DNA of 32,000 nucleotides, from positions 870,513 through 902,512 of the forward strand of contig NZ_JANTPT010000001.1 in the NCBI RefSeq assembly GCF_024753565.1, given 5' to 3'. Below are positions 31,327-32,000 of the stretch, one piece after another; position 1 is the stretch's first letter, and every line of letters begins with the position of its first letter. The translations under genes were made by a program, and so were the position numbers. Below the pieces are notes generated by a model. It searched no databases, was not told where the DNA came from, and saw only the letters and a program-made list of their open reading frames with translations. The stretch is from Mechercharimyces sp. CAU 1602 (GTDB taxonomy: Bacteria > Bacillota > Bacilli > Thermoactinomycetales > JANTPT01).

Positions 31327-31414
31327 GTAAGCGTAAAATAACCCCCACCTGTTAGTCCGATGGGGGTTGAAGTATGCTTTAATTATCCTTCTTGATACGT
31401 AGGATGTCGGGTAG

Positions 31415-32000
31415 GGCAGGCGACTTGCAGAGGGCGAAAAACCCATTGAAGAGGTCGAAGTGGGGGACAAAGTTTTCTCCAAAAACGAGAAAACAGGAGA
31501 GATGGAATACAAAGAAGTCACCCAACTCTTCCAGCGTGAAGTGGACGAGATTTACGAAGTTCATGTCGATGGAGAAATGATTGAAACCACGGATGAACAT
31601 CCTTTCTGGGTGAAGAGTAGAGGATGGACGAAAGCGAAGAATCTCCAGTCAGGAGATGAGCTAGAAACCAGTGAGGGAGAAATTCTTCCGGTTGAGCAGG
31701 TGGTTCGCAAGAAGAAGGAAAACCCCGTCACAGTGTATAACTTTGAGGTAGCGGATTTCCACACGTATTTTGTTTTGGATATGCACATCTTTGTGCATAA
31801 CAAGTGTGTAGACGAAGCGAAAATGAGTGGTCAATTACGTGAAGCAGCGGCAGATAAGGGGAATTTTGGAATTGGTGAAGGCAGTTCTAATGAAGCTGAT
31901 TTGATGGGTAAAGCATGGGTTGGCCCTGGATATAAAATAGCTAGTGATGGTAAAACTCATGTGAGTTTGGATGGTATGAGGCAGTATCGTCCACCAAGTT
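31415..32000 (+). CDS. Orphan cassette 2: 5'-truncated Hint domain (lacks Cys1) plus third toxin tip (CT3), continuing past the right edge
   Basis: Absent from the ORF track because there is no ATG start and it runs off the edge. The frame is open from 31415: GRRLAEGEKPIEEVEVGDKVFSKNEKTGEMEYKEVTQLFQREVDEIYEVHVDGEMIETTDEHPFWVKSRGW...IFVHNKCVDEAKMSGQLREAAADKGNFGIGEGSSNEADLMGKAWVGPGYKIASDGKTHVSLDGMRQYRPPS... It is probably silent as it stands. Confidence 0.7.
31433..31810 (+). repeat. Hint-coding repeat, copy 3 (orphan cassette 2, 5'-truncated)
   Basis: Contains a 139-nt tract (31476..31614) that differs from copy 1 (28077..28215) at a single position. Ends at ...GTGCATAACAAGTGTGTA, exactly as copy 1 does. 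Confidence 0.9.

Noticed and set aside
31128-31355. 75-aa ORF treated as a possible small gene
   Set aside because: Only its C-terminal third is meaningful, and that part is a diverged fragment of RHS-core sequence. It is better described as a recombination relic than as a gene.
27958-31810. Three spaced direct repeats considered as a possible CRISPR-like or other non-coding array
   Set aside because: The repeats are ~380-455 nt, protein-coding (Hint domain) and diverge mainly at synonymous or conservative positions. The 'spacers' are toxin and immunity genes. There are no cas genes.
28700-32000. Possibility that the cassette region is a transposon or prophage fragment
   Set aside because: No transposase, integrase, terminal inverted repeats or att-like duplications were seen. 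The only mobile-element trace is the 28-codon HNH stub.

Overview
The window looks like a chromosomal segment of an endospore-forming Bacillales genome. Evidence for that is scpA-scpB, a ytfI/ytfJ(gerW)-like pair, and a rib operon behind an FMN riboswitch. The left ~17 kb is ordinary. It holds a partial MDR-family NADP oxidoreductase (minus strand, missing from the ORF track), an OmpR-type response regulator plus histidine kinase followed by an ABC ATPase and an 844-aa FtsX-type permease, a seven-repeat SBBP beta-propeller protein with a C-terminal collagen-like tail, ctaA, the riboswitch with ribD-ribE-ribBA-ribH, scpA-scpB, an alpha/beta hydrolase, and ytfI-like/ytfJ-like genes. The right ~15 kb is an accessory polymorphic-toxin locus. 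It starts with one uninterrupted 11.6-kb gene (3872 aa) for a secreted RHS/YD-repeat protein. The YD-repeat region of that protein is interrupted by five golvesin-C-like putative carbohydrate-binding domains. Three of these carry nested ~100-aa Cys-bracketed modules that I cannot assign to any family. The RHS core (ends ...NPVSYSELDGH) is followed by a Pro/Lys-rich linker, a Cys1...His-Asn Hint (pretoxin-HINT-like) domain and a ~96-aa unassigned C-terminal toxin, then a small Zn-ribbon protein in the immunity position. Downstream lie two silent 'orphan' cassettes that repeat the Hint-coding DNA. The first is Hint plus a GIY-YIG-like toxin, broken by a +1 A in a homopolymer, followed by an immunity candidate. 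The second is a 5'-truncated Hint plus a third toxin that runs off the right edge, preceded by a diverged relic of RHS-core sequence. Homology between the three copies stops exactly at the Hint C-terminal HN(K/Q)CV, so the Hint-coding DNA appears to act as the recombination handle for toxin swapping. I found no rRNA, tRNA, CRISPR array, transposase or integrase. All homology statements come from reading motifs by eye; no database search was run.
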